From the NCBI GenBank assembly GCA_963818955.1, contig CAWFUY010000028.1, positions 100,486 through 164,485 of the forward strand: a stretch of 64,000 nucleotides of DNA, written 5' to 3'. Below are positions 1 to 9,955 of this stretch, one piece after another. Numbering within the stretch: the first letter of the stretch is position 1; each line of letters starts with the position of its first letter. The stretch comes from an uncultured Methanosarcinaceae archaeon (GTDB lineage Archaea; Halobacteriota; Methanosarcinia; Methanosarcinales; Methanosarcinaceae). Made by a program: the position numbers and the translations under genes. A model generated the notes under the pieces. The model saw only the letters and a list, made by a program, of their open reading frames with translations. It was not told where the DNA came from and made no database searches.

Positions 1-678
1 AAGCATAATCTTCGGTTATAACTATATTCTTTCGTTTCAAGAAAGAGAAGCTGATGTTTTCAACCCTTTAAGAGAAAGATTAAAAAATCCGGCTTCTCGC
101 CTCCGGAAAAGTGGAGTGGACTATCTTGCCTATGGTCTGATAGATGCTGTGATTGATAACTATTTCTTGATTCTTGAGCATTTCGGAGAAGCAATTGAAG
201 ATCTGGAGGATGAATTGGTCGTACAGCCGAGCCCCGAGACTCTCAGAACTATCCAGAAATATAGAAGGAATATGATAATTCTTCGGAAGTCAGTTTGGCC
301 TCTCAGGGAGCTGATAAACGGTATGCAGAAAATTGAGTCCGAAATAATTAAGGATAATACCAGGATCTACCTGAGAGATATTTATGATCATACTATCCAG
401 GTGATTGATTCAGTCGAAGATCTTTAGAGATATCCTGTCCTCAATGATAGACGTTTATCTTTCCAGCTTAAGCAACAGAATGAATGATATCATGAAAGTC
501 CTGACAGTGATCGCTACAATATTCATTCCGCTCACTTTCATAGCAGGGGTTTATGGGATGAACTTTAAATACATGCCTGAACTAGGATTCGCGATGGGGA
601 TATCCTGCAGTCTTGCTGTTTATGGCTATATTGGGAACCACTATGTTCGCTTACTTTAAAAAGAAAAAATGGGTATGA
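1..678 (+). CDS. corA: CorA Mg/Co transporter, 3' part, interrupted by two apparent frameshifts (~420, ~585)
   Basis: DYLAYGLIDAVIDNYF, MKVLTVIATIFIPLTFIAGVYGMNF (GMN motif); the third frame gives WGYPAVLLFM...YFKKKKWV-TGA at 676-678. Confidence 0.9.
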
Positions 679-817
679 GCCTGCTTACATTTTTCCACCT
701 GCTACTGTTTGTTACCTACTCGCAGAAATTCCTGGACTGTAACTTTTTTATAATGGTTTGAATGAATATTAAGAAATTCAGGAATTTGCCCCAAAAAAAT
801 GTGCTTCAAGGGATACA

Positions 818-1558
818 ATGTACGGTGATTATGAACCCCCATTCTCAATAAAAGAGAATAAACTTTCTATAGAAGTGGAAAAAATCGAAAAACTGTGGAC
901 ATACAGAAGGACACTTGAACCAGATACGGTAGAAAAGTTCATCCTTGGAGATGGAAAGCACATAATCATAAATCCGGTAGAGCCACTTAACACTCCTAAA
1001 GAAATCACGACTAATTTACTGATAGAATTTGAGAAAGTTTTACTCCTTGCAGGAGGAGCAAAAAAGAAAATATTCCTGACTTTTCCCATTGAGATAGGCA
1101 TTTTTATTGCAGATAAGGGAAACAAGAATATTCAACTTCTTGATGTGTTCACTCTGGCAAGTCAGAAATTTACCCTCTACGGACCTGTCTCAAACGGGGT
1201 AGTCTGCAAGCACTGGAAAAGCCGGATATACTCAGTTCCACCTTCCATAAATCCCCTGATAGAGGGAGTTATGGAATTAACTCTTAGAAATACCACTTCT
1301 GATTGGGCCTCAATCACGAAAGCTGTTTTCAGCGCATATGGAATGAAACTTTACTATAATATTGACGTTTTCATGAAGGCACGCATGAATATACGGAGCA
1401 AGAGTACAGCTGATACTGATTTTGAATTACGTCATATTAGTGGGGAGTTGAAGAGTGATTCCCAAAATGACCAGAATACCCGTAAAGAAGCTATCGGAAT
1501 TTACAACCGGAAGCTCGAATTCGTACCCCTGAATTTTGATATGGGGTTGGGATTTTGA
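818..1558 (+). CDS. DUF432-type conserved archaeal protein
   Basis: 246-aa ORF with INPVEPLNTP, FPIEIGIF, KFTLYG...GVVCKHW motifs; directly upstream of mscS. Confidence 0.7.
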   Translation: MYGDYEPPFSIKENKLSIEVEKIEKLWTYRRTLEPDTVEKFILGDGKHIIINPVEPLNTPKEITTNLLIEFEKVLLLAGGAKKKIFLTFPIEIGIFIADKGNKNIQLLDVFTLASQKFTLYGPVSNGVVCKHWKSRIYSVPPSINPLIEGVMELTLRNTTSDWASITKAVFSAYGMKLYYNIDVFMKARMNIRSKSTADTDFELRHISGELKSDSQNDQNTRKEAIGIYNRKLEFVPLNFDMGLGF

Positions 1559-2469
1559 TTACATATAGTGGTTTTTTCAATTACACTCTGAACTCTGCCT
1601 CAAAAAATCCGGTAACAGTTGGAGACGTGTTTCAGTTAGTATTAGTTTTATCTATTACAGTCATCGTCTCTAAAATCATTTCACTCTATATACGCAGATC
1701 CCTCAAAGATAAAGTCAGCAAAGACGTAGGCGAGACAATCATCAAACTTTTCTACTATGGTTCAATTATTATTGTCTCTATTTCTGCACTTCATTTAATG
1801 GGAATAGATCTCTCCGGGCTCCTGCTGGCCGGAGGAATCACAGGTATTATCCTCGGATTTGCCAGTCAGAACATTGTCGGGAATCTGATTTCCGGTATCT
1901 TTCTGATGATCGAAAAGCCAATAAAAATAGGAGACCAGGTCGAAATCAGCGGGACATCGGGTTTTATTACCGATATCCGCATAATTTCTACCCTTATAAG
2001 GACATATGACGGGCTTCTCGTCCGCATTCCCAATCAGCAGGTTTTTACGTCAAATATCACAAATGTTGTAGGTTTCCCTGTCAGAAGGTTCGATTTTTCA
2101 TATTGGAATCCGCTACAGTGACGATGCTGACCATGCAATTGAGCTTATTAAGGAACTTATAAACAAAGAGCCTTATCGCCCTACTTAATCCTGAACCTTC
2201 TGTGAGAGTAAGTGAGTTGGGGCACAGTTCTGTAGTGCTAATAGTAAGAGTCTGGGCACCTATTAGCGAATGGTTTGAACTAAAGTCAAATTCTGATCTT
2301 GAAAGTGAAAAAAAACCTTGAAGAAAATGGCATAGAAATTCCATTCCCTCAACAAGTAGTATACCTTCATAATGTCATTGAGAAAAAGCAATTTCCTGAA
2401 GAACCAGTACATACTCAGAATAAAGAAATCGAGAGTGTATTGACTCACGAAGACAGGATATTAACCTGA
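1555..2469 (+). CDS. mscS: MscS small-conductance mechanosensitive channel, several frameshifts in the 3' third
   Basis: GIILGFASQNIVGNLISGIFLMIEKPIKIGD; shifted frames continue IGIRYSDD, VRVWAP, GIEIPFPQ to TGA at 2467-2469. Confidence 0.85.
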
Positions 2470-3060
2470 ATCAGTAGATTTTTGCACGACAAGTAGCCCA
2501 TAAAGATTTGTTTCCGGTACAGGTGGATTTTCAGGTGTGCCTTTTGCAATCCTTTCTTCGGGATAGCCAAGGTTTTCGCAGGTATAAAGTTCGGCTTCCA
2601 TTCCAAGTTCTTTCAGGATTTTTGCAACCTCAAGGGAGCCGAATGTTTCTTCAGGTAACAGAAAGATGTTTCTCCCGTTTTTTAATTCTCGGATCAGCTC
2701 GGTTTTTGCCGGCTCAAAGTCTCTTCCGTGGGCGGTAATTGCACACAGGTTGGTCAGGTCAACTTTTGTGCGAGCGCAGGCTACCTGCATTGAGGAAATC
2801 CCGGAAATAACGGTATCCTTTTCCCCTGCAAATTTACCAAGCCCTGAAAACATAGGATCCCCGGTAGATAAAACAACTGCATCTGCCGGCAGAAGGTGAA
2901 GAGACTTATAATCTTTAATGATTTTTGCTTCACAGCTTATGTATTCCTGCGTAAGCTCAAGAGCTCTTTTTGAACCATACACTACTGAGGCCTTCTTTAT
3001 TGCCTTGATCCCTTCTTCCGTAAGCATACCGGGACCGACCCCGACTCCTACAACTATCAT
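2461..3060 (-). CDS. cbiE: Cobalt-precorrin-7 C5-methyltransferase
   Basis: MIVVGVGVGPGMLT, LSTGDPMFSG, GISSMQ, ENLGYPEERI; start placed at ATG 3060 because the ORF-track extension is repeat DNA. Confidence 0.88.
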   Translation of the reverse strand: MIVVGVGVGPGMLTEEGIKAIKKASVVYGSKRALELTQEYISCEAKIIKDYKSLHLLPADAVVLSTGDPMFSGLGKFAGEKDTVISGISSMQVACARTKVDLTNLCAITAHGRDFEPAKTELIRELKNGRNIFLLPEETFGSLEVAKILKELGMEAELYTCENLGYPEERIAKGTPENPPVPETNLYGLLVVQKSTDSG

Positions 3061-3075
3061 AGTCTCCCTTCCTCT

Positions 3076-3157
3076 CCCGAGTTCCGCTTCCCGAGTTCCG
3101 CTTCCCGAGTTCCGCTTCGGGAGCACGGTGTCCTTTTCGCTGCGCTCAAGAGGACTA
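3076..3157. repeat. Dispersed element block A, copy 1: 3 x CCCGAGTTCCGCTT plus two hairpins
   Basis: 14-bp units at 3076, 3090, 3104, then CGGGAGCACGGTGTCCTTTTCGCTGCGCTCAAGAGGACTA; recurs at 49473 and 61120. Confidence 0.95.
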
Positions 3158-3159
3158 AT

Positions 3160-4173
3160 TTATTTTTTGCTGTCCATCAGGACAGATCCATCCCTGTCAA
3201 TGACTACGATCCGGGCACCTTTTCCTTTTTTTACCGCCATTTCGAAAGCTTCTGTAAGGCGTGAGTGACCGGGAGCTTTTTCGAGCATCTCAACAACAGT
3301 TGCATAACCGCTGTCCTCAAGCATCTCAGGATTTCCCCATTTAAGGACAAGACCGGGAAGCCCACAGATTATTACGTCGCCTGACGCAGACCCAAGTCCT
3401 TCCGTGATCCGGCTTCCGACCATCACAACTGTATAGCCCGGAAAAAGCATATGAGAGTAGCGCATTCCTATCCGGCCAGTAGTAAGTACTACTTTATCGG
3501 TACATCGGATAAGATCCCCTCTCGTTTCTCCAAGATGGTCATTCCAGGGCTCAACAAAGCCAGTGCTTCCGAGGACCGAAATCCCACCTTCTACCCCTAT
3601 CCTGCCGTTCAAGGTCTCCTTGCCAACCCTTTCTCCCTCCGGAACAGAAATTGTAACCTCTACACCTTTCAAGCCCAGTTCCTCCACTGCTTCCTGCACT
3701 GCAGCTCTGATCTGCTCCATTGGTTTCGGATTGATCGCAGGCTGTCCTTTTGGAACCTGAAGCCCGTCTCTTCTAACTATTCCTATACCTTTTCCTCCGA
3801 AAATTCGGATTCCTTCGGCTTCCCTGGCTTCACCTATGAAGGCAAGTCCCCGGGTAATATCGGATTCATGGTCATTAGGAATCTTTTTTACGACTGCATG
3901 CCCGGGAGAGGATTCACTTACGTCCAGGTAAGCTCTAAGTCCTACGGGAGTCGGGACGGAAACACTAGTAATTTTATTCTTAAGACTAAGAACCGCAGCT
4001 TTTGCAGCGGCACTTGCTGTAGTTCCTGTAGTATACCCTCTTCTGAGGATTGCCCCATCACTGAGCACCACTATCATTCCAGACAATATTTTTGATTCAA
4101 GTTCTTCTCTGGGCAGTCCGGTACGTGAAATCCATTCCTCGGGTATCTTGAAATTGTTAACAGGATCTATCAT
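3160..4173 (-). CDS. cbiD: Cobalt-precorrin-5B C1-methyltransferase
   Basis: [47 protein letters not shown]. Confidence 0.95.
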   Translation of the reverse strand: MIDPVNNFKIPEEWISRTGLPREELESKILSGMIVVLSDGAILRRGYTTGTTASAAAKAAVLSLKNKITSVSVPTPVGLRAYLDVSESSPGHAVVKKIPNDHESDITRGLAFIGEAREAEGIRIFGGKGIGIVRRDGLQVPKGQPAINPKPMEQIRAAVQEAVEELGLKGVEVTISVPEGERVGKETLNGRIGVEGGISVLGSTGFVEPWNDHLGETRGDLIRCTDKVVLTTGRIGMRYSHMLFPGYTVVMVGSRITEGLGSASGDVIICGLPGLVLKWGNPEMLEDSGYATVVEMLEKAPGHSRLTEAFEMAVKKGKGARIVVIDRDGSVLMDSKK

Positions 4174-4237
4174 GGATGAATACTCGGAGGTTTTTTATTA
4201 TAAATGTATTGATCTGAAAAACCAGTATAGAAAAGAG

Positions 4238-4430
4238 GCAGCATCATTCCACATATTGTTTTTTTCTGGAAAGTGGGGTTCTGTCCTGAGTTCTGGAACG
4301 GAGGGGGTGTAACGTTCCGAATGGGTTTTTAGGGCTGGTGTGTGAGAAATAGCCTTTATGGAATGATGCCTTTTGATGACAGTTTTGCCTGCCATCTAAT
4401 AATACAACCTAAGTTATATTATATAAATAG
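4238..4430 (-). promoter_or_regulatory. TATA box and structured 5' leader of cbiD-cbiE
   Basis: TTTATATA on the minus strand near 4420-4427; inverted repeats 4241-4251/4359-4369, 4295-4300/4313-4318, 4375-4382/4389-4396. Confidence 0.5.
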
Positions 4431-4537
4431 ATAGGAAATCTTTTGAAGTATTTTTCACTATAGAATTAAACCAATTCATATAGACAGCTTATTGTTTATG
4501 ATGACAGGCAATTTTTTAAATCCTCAGGGCACCATCC

Positions 4538-6487
4538 TCACTGAGTTCTTGCAAACATGCGGTCCAGCTCTGCTTTCGTAAATGTTATGATAGTCGGCCT
4601 TCCATGCGGGCAGGAGTAAGGATTTTCAGCTTTTTTGAGCTGTTCGATCAGTTCTTCCATTTGTCTGAGGCTACAGGCTGCACCTCCTTTGATAGCTGCC
4701 CTGCAGGCAAGGGTTTTGCTAACTTTTTCCGAAATCCCTGTTTCCTTTTTGACCTTTCCCGATGCCAGAAGGTCATTAATTATATCGTGTATAAATTCCG
4801 GATGCTCAAGCTGCCCGAAAACATCAGGCACGAAGGTGACGACGAAAGTATTGTCCCCAAACTCCGAAATCCCGAAGCCATACTCCTCCAGGTAAGGAAT
4901 GTAGTCTTCCATGAGCACTTTTTCCTTGGGAGAAAGCTCGATAGTAATAGGAGTGATGAGTTCCTGTACCCTGGGTTTTTTCATTCTTATAACCTGCTCG
5001 TAAAGAATTCTTTCATGAGCTGCATGCTGGTCAATAAGTACCAGATCTTCTCCCTTTTCGGCAATAATATACATTTTAGAGACCTGACCTATGACCCGCA
5101 GTTCTTCAAGGAGGCCAGTGTTTGGTTTCTGCTCTTTTACACTGGCTTCCTGTACTCTTTCCCGGACTTTTTCCAGTTCTTTTTCCTGTGCTCTTGCCTC
5201 TTCATATAAACCTAGAAGACGTTCGGATTTCCTAAGCTTCCTTTCAGTATCTTTCACAGGATAGGTGTAAATTCCCGACCTTTCTCCAGGGATTTCCCTG
5301 CTGCTACCTGATATTCCGAATTTCCCGGGTATCTCTGCGCTAGTTATTGGTTTTTGCAGAGTCTCCTGTGTTTCTGAGACTTTCAGTCCTTCTGAAAAAC
5401 CGGAAATCTCAAAATTTCTCTTAAAATTCCTGTTTCCTTTTTCCCTGACCTCATGCACAAGCGCGTGTTCGGAAAGGGATTTTTCAACCGCTCCGGTGAT
5501 CGTATCTTCAAGCTCTTTCTCCCGGCTGAAACGGACCTCGGATTTGCGTGGATGCACATTCACGTCCACTTCCCCGGGATCAACGGTAAGAGAAAGCACG
5601 GCAACCGGATAACGTCCTTTTGGGATCTTTGTATAATACCCGTTACGGACAGCTGCAGTGATGGCCCTTGAAGTTACAGGACGAGTATTCACGAAAATAA
5701 AAAGCTGGTCACCATCAGATCTTGTAATTTCGGGTTTTGAAATATAGCCCTGGATTTCAAATTCTTCATTTCCGGACTCAAGAGGAAGCATCGAGCGAGC
5801 GGTGTCGGGTCCCAAAAGATTTACAATACTATTGAAAATGTCTTTTGAGCCCGTATTTCTAAGGACCGATTTTCCTTCGCTTAGCAGGGTAAAGGAAATA
5901 GCCGGGTTCGCCAGAGCAAGCTGCGTAACCGTATCTGTAATATGGGCGAGTTCCGTACGATCGCTCTTCAGGTATTTGCGTCTAGCTGGCGTGTTATAAA
6001 AAAGGTCCTTTACATAAACTGAGGTACCGGGAGCGGAACCTGCATCCGTGATCTCAAGTACCTTTCCGCCGTGAATTATAATTTTCGTGCCCGTGATTTC
6101 GTCCGGTGGTCGGGTTAGGATTTCTATCTTTGCAACAGCTGAGATCGAAGCAAGAGCTTCTCCCCTGAAGCCCATTGTCGAGATTGTGTTGAGATCTTCT
6201 ATGCGAATAAGCTTGCTGGTTGCATGTTTTTTGTATGCAATAAGGGCATCTGCCCTGCTCATCCCACATCCATTGTCCCTGACAAGGATCGATTTTTTAC
6301 CACCGTTTTCGACCTCGATACGTATATCGGTAGCCTCTGCATCAATTGAGTTATCTATCAGCTCCTTTACCACGGATGTTGGGCGCTCTATTACTTCTCC
6401 TGCTGCAATTTTATTTATCGTATCCTTATCAAGGATTCGGATCTTTTCTCCTTTATTTTCCTGTGTTTCAGTATGTTCTTCTATCAT
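4538..6487 (-). CDS. mutL: DNA mismatch repair endonuclease MutL
   Basis: IAAGEVIERP, KELIDNSIDA, GFRGEAL, DVNVHPRK, DQHAAHERILYE, ACR, CPHGRP. Confidence 0.98.
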   Translation of the reverse strand: MIEEHTETQENKGEKIRILDKDTINKIAAGEVIERPTSVVKELIDNSIDAEATDIRIEVENGGKKSILVRDNGCGMSRADALIAYKKHATSKLIRIEDLNTISTMGFRGEALASISAVAKIEILTRPPDEITGTKIIIHGGKVLEITDAGSAPGTSVYVKDLFYNTPARRKYLKSDRTELAHITDTVTQLALANPAISFTLLSEGKSVLRNTGSKDIFNSIVNLLGPDTARSMLPLESGNEEFEIQGYISKPEITRSDGDQLFIFVNTRPVTSRAITAAVRNGYYTKIPKGRYPVAVLSLTVDPGEVDVNVHPRKSEVRFSREKELEDTITGAVEKSLSEHALVHEVREKGNRNFKRNFEISGFSEGLKVSETQETLQKPITSAEIPGKFGISGSSREIPGERSGIYTYPVKDTERKLRKSERLLGLYEEARAQEKELEKVRERVQEASVKEQKPNTGLLEELRVIGQVSKMYIIAEKGEDLVLIDQHAAHERILYEQVIRMKKPRVQELITPITIELSPKEKVLMEDYIPYLEEYGFGISEFGDNTFVVTFVPDVFGQLEHPEFIHDIINDLLASGKVKKETGISEKVSKTLACRAAIKGGAACSLRQMEELIEQLKKAENPYSCPHGRPTIITFTKAELDRMFARTQ

Positions 6488-6517
6488 TCTTCACTCCAAT
6501 GCCAAAAATATTTACTC

Positions 6518-9232
6518 TTAATCGAGCAGCCTTTTAAGCTCATGGAGCTTGTTCAGGGCCTGGATTGGGGTCATTTCTTCCACGTTTAATTTTTTAAGGG
6601 TTACTTCCACGGGACTGAGACTGTTTTCCTGTACTGGAATTCCTCCGGTATTCCCGGGATCAAAAAGCAGCATCTGGGTATAGCGAGCTGTTGCTTTATT
6701 TTTCTTCTTTTTTCCATCCCCACTGTCATCGGTTTCCTCAAGCAAATTTTCCCTTTCGAGTTCCATCAGAATCTCGTTTGCCCTTTCAATTACCTGTTCC
6801 GGGACTCCTGCCAGTTTTGCAACATGAATCCCATAACTCCTGTCCGTTGCTCCGGGCACTATTTTTCTCAGGAAGACAAGTTCGTGACCATCTTCTTTTA
6901 CTGCAATATGGTAATTTTTGACCCTTTTCAACTTTTCCTCAAGGGCTGTGAGCTGGTGGTAATGTGTTGCAAACAGTGTTCTTACTCCCGCTTTTCCTCT
7001 GTTGTGCAGGAATTCCACAACAGCTTTTGCTATGCTATAGCCGTCATAAGTACTGGTCCCTCGGCCGATTTCATCAAGAAGAATAAGGCTTTTGGAGCTT
7101 GCATTGTTCAGGATATTAGCAAGTTCAACCATTTCTACCATAAAAGTGCTCTGCCCGCTTGCAAGGTCGTCAAAGGCTCCTATTCTTGTAAAAACCTGAT
7201 CAATTATCCCTATCGAGGCATAAGATGCGGGAACAAACGATCCGGCCTGGGCCATAATTGCAATTAGAGCAATCTGACGCATATATGTGGATTTGCCTGC
7301 CATGTTCGGGCCTGTAACCAGTAAAAACTGGTTATCTTTGCAGTCCATCTCAGTGTCATTGGGGACAAAACCGCCAGACACGGTATTCTCAACTACCGGG
7401 TGTCTTCCGTCTCGAATAAGGATCTTGCAGTCATCCGTAAGTTGAGGCCGGATGTAATTGTTATTATCCGCAACTTCGGATAGGGACGCAAGGACATCAA
7501 GGGTTCCTATTCTCCCTGCGGTTTCCTGAATTTCCCTCGAGCGGGCTGAAAGAGTCTGAGTAATTTCCATAAAGGTTTCATACTCGATAGCAACTGCTTT
7601 GTCATTGGCTGTCAGGATAAGGCTTTCTTTTTCTTTCAGTTCGGGCGTATAAAAGCGCTCTGCATTGGACATAGTCTGCTTTCTGATATAATCTTCAGGT
7701 ACCTGGCTGCTGTTAGCATTAGTTACTTCAATATAATATCCAAAAACCTTATTATATCCCACTTTCAGAGACCTGATCCCACTTCTCTCCTTTTCCTTCT
7801 GCTGAAAAGCTGCAATCCACTGCTTACTGTTGCTGGCAATATCCCTGAGTTCATCAAGTTCCGGATTGTAACCGGGTTTTATCATCCCGCCTTCCCGGAC
7901 AGAAACAGGAGGCTCGTCAACTATTGCTGTTTCTATCATTTTAGCCAGATCTTCCAGATCCGAAAAAGATGCGAGCCCCTCTGCTATTTCTTTTAAAATT
8001 TCGGAATCGCTTTGTTCCATCAGACAGTCCCTGACAGGAGGTAAGGCTTCAAGGGACTTTTTCAAAGCTATAAGATCTCTAGCATTTGAATTTCCATACA
8101 CTACCCTGCCAACGAGGCGTTCAATATCCCTTACCTCGGAGAGCCACTTCCGGATATCATAGCGAAGCAGAGGTTTTTTTCCAAGTTCTTCCACAGCATC
8201 GAGCCTGATATTGATTTTCCTTACGGAAAGCTCGGGCTTTAAAAGCCATTTTTTCAAAATACGGCTACCCATAGGCGTTTTTGTGCAGTTAAGAATACGG
8301 AAAAGGGAATTCCCATCTCCTTCATCCCTTACGTTTTTTACTATCTCGAGATTACGCAGGGTTATAGAGTCAAGAATCATAAACTCGGAATTAGAGTATG
8401 TCCTGAGAGTGTTGATATGGGCAAGGTCCCTCATCTGCGTGGTCAGTGCATATTCAAGTGCAGCCCAGGCTGAATATACTGCCAGGTCCAGTTTATCGCA
8501 GCCCATTCCTTCAAGTGTTGCAACTTTAAAATGGTTTTTTAATTTTTCCTCGGCTTCCACAGCTCCGGAGATTTCTGGAACAAATTCCTGAACAACAGTC
8601 TGGTATTTCAGCCTCTCTGTAAGCTCGGTACTTCTGTACAGGGAAGGGGATAGAATACATTCCGCAGGGCGCATGCGGGCAGTTTCACTCAGAAGTTTCT
8701 CAAAGCTCTCCGAGTCCCTGAACTGGGTCGTAAGGAATTCTCCTGTTGAAATATCCAGAAAGGAGACTCCGATTTCCATCTCCTTTTCCGTATTTTTAAC
8801 AACATTTTTTCCAATTTTTCCGACTTCCTTTCCTGCAACGGCCATTAGATAATTATTCGAAGCATCCGAAAACATCGATGAGTCGATTGCCGTACCCGGA
8901 GTAACTATCCTGACAACCCCTCGCTTCACAACGCCTTTCGCCTGCTTTGGGTCTTCGAGTTGTTCGCAAATAGCCACCTTATATCCTTTATTTATGAGCC
9001 TTGGCAGGTAAGCATCGATAGCATGATAAGGAATTCCTGCAAGCGGCATTTTTTCCCCAGTCCGGTCTTTTCCCCGAGCAGTAAGTGTAATTTCAAGTTC
9101 TTTAGCAATTGTTTTTGCGTCTTCCCCGAAAGACTCGTAGAAGTCTCCCATCCTGAAGAAGATCAGAGTGTCAGGGTATGCCTGCTTGGCTTCGTAATAC
9201 TGGCGCATTGCAGGGGTCATCATTTCAGTCAT
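6518..9232 (-). CDS. mutS: DNA mismatch repair protein MutS
   Basis: TPAMRQY, FRMGDFYE, TGPNMAGKST, STFMVEM, DEIGRGT, SYGIHVA. Confidence 0.98.
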   Translation of the reverse strand: MTEMMTPAMRQYYEAKQAYPDTLIFFRMGDFYESFGEDAKTIAKELEITLTARGKDRTGEKMPLAGIPYHAIDAYLPRLINKGYKVAICEQLEDPKQAKGVVKRGVVRIVTPGTAIDSSMFSDASNNYLMAVAGKEVGKIGKNVVKNTEKEMEIGVSFLDISTGEFLTTQFRDSESFEKLLSETARMRPAECILSPSLYRSTELTERLKYQTVVQEFVPEISGAVEAEEKLKNHFKVATLEGMGCDKLDLAVYSAWAALEYALTTQMRDLAHINTLRTYSNSEFMILDSITLRNLEIVKNVRDEGDGNSLFRILNCTKTPMGSRILKKWLLKPELSVRKINIRLDAVEELGKKPLLRYDIRKWLSEVRDIERLVGRVVYGNSNARDLIALKKSLEALPPVRDCLMEQSDSEILKEIAEGLASFSDLEDLAKMIETAIVDEPPVSVREGGMIKPGYNPELDELRDIASNSKQWIAAFQQKEKERSGIRSLKVGYNKVFGYYIEVTNANSSQVPEDYIRKQTMSNAERFYTPELKEKESLILTANDKAVAIEYETFMEITQTLSARSREIQETAGRIGTLDVLASLSEVADNNNYIRPQLTDDCKILIRDGRHPVVENTVSGGFVPNDTEMDCKDNQFLLVTGPNMAGKSTYMRQIALIAIMAQAGSFVPASYASIGIIDQVFTRIGAFDDLASGQSTFMVEMVELANILNNASSKSLILLDEIGRGTSTYDGYSIAKAVVEFLHNRGKAGVRTLFATHYHQLTALEEKLKRVKNYHIAVKEDGHELVFLRKIVPGATDRSYGIHVAKLAGVPEQVIERANEILMELERENLLEETDDSGDGKKKKNKATARYTQMLLFDPGNTGGIPVQENSLSPVEVTLKKLNVEEMTPIQALNKLHELKRLLD

Positions 9233-9340
9233 TTTTAAGGTTCCTCAAGTCCACTACGATACTATGTCTTTTATCTTGAATCATCCTTCTTATATATAGT
9301 TAACAATTCGGTATTGAAGTCATCTAAAGGAGGAAGCACT

Positions 9341-9517
9341 CTGACTCGGGAAAAATTAATTGAAGTCTGCCCTATCAGCGGGAACGTAGATTGTATTTAC
9401 GAAGTTGGACGGTTATACAGGTACTGCTAATCCACTGGTTCTAAGGAATGCGGATATATCGGAGCCTTTGTTATTGAAGCTAATAAGGAAATGATCGAAA
9501 AAATCAGTAAAGAATAA
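9341..9517 (+). pseudogene. Disrupted small CPxCG-type Zn-ribbon protein
   Basis: AGGAGG RBS then CTG; reads EKLIEVCPI(S)GN...YEVG, then ..KECGYIGAFVIEANKEMIEKISKE-TAA, with indels and an internal stop between. Confidence 0.55.
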
Positions 9518-9601
9518 CTTAACAAATTATATATATCAGTTTGACTTATTATATTACATTCCAATTATTTATATAAAACTAATCTCTTATCAACCGGAGG
9601 A

Positions 9602-9691
9602 GTGATTAATATAACATTTATAGAACCTATTGCGATAATTTTTTCGTCAGCATATTTCGTCTGTTTTTTTTATCTTCTATTCAGAATATAA
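9602..9691 (+). CDS. Putative 29-aa hydrophobic small protein
   Basis: TTTATATAAA at ~9568, GGAGG at 9596-9600; MINITFIEPIAIIFSSAYFVCFFYLLFRI; RBS spacing is atypically short. Confidence 0.3.
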   Translation: MINITFIEPIAIIFSSAYFVCFFYLLFRI

Positions 9692-9730
9692 GTTTGAAAG
9701 TAAATCTATAGAAAAGAATAATAGTTAAAA

Positions 9731-9804
9731 TGGGGCCGTTGAGATTTGAACTCAAGTCGCAAGACCCCCAGTCTTGCAGGATGGCCAGGCTACCCTACGG
9801 CCCC
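9731..9804 (-). tRNA. tRNA-Pro(GGG)
   Basis: Reverse complement GGGGCCG...CGGCCCC-A acceptor stem; anticodon arm CAAGA-CT-GGG-GG-TCTTG; T loop TTCAAAT; no intron, no encoded CCA. Confidence 0.96.
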
Positions 9805-9955
9805 GTAGAGCTTGTGCTTTGTAGATGGCAATTCTCTAGCCTTGCTTGCCATTGTCAACTATTGTAATCAGACATGTAGTATAAATGTATATCGGTTTGA
9901 GAAATCAAACATTCTTTTTCATTTTTTTAAGATAAAATTTTCACTGAACTTGAAC

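Noticed and set aside
425-427. Pyrrolysine (TAG) readthrough in corA
   Set aside because: CorA homology continues in a different frame, so this is a frameshift rather than an in-frame amber
3061-3126. N-terminal extension MLPKRNSGSGTREAELG on CbiE, and ORFs 49294-49551 and 49359-49583
   Set aside because: These are translations of the block A repeat, not coding sequence
4240-4396. Canonical cobalamin riboswitch
   Set aside because: B12-box and GCCACTG/GGGAAG consensus elements not found; reported only as an unknown structured leader
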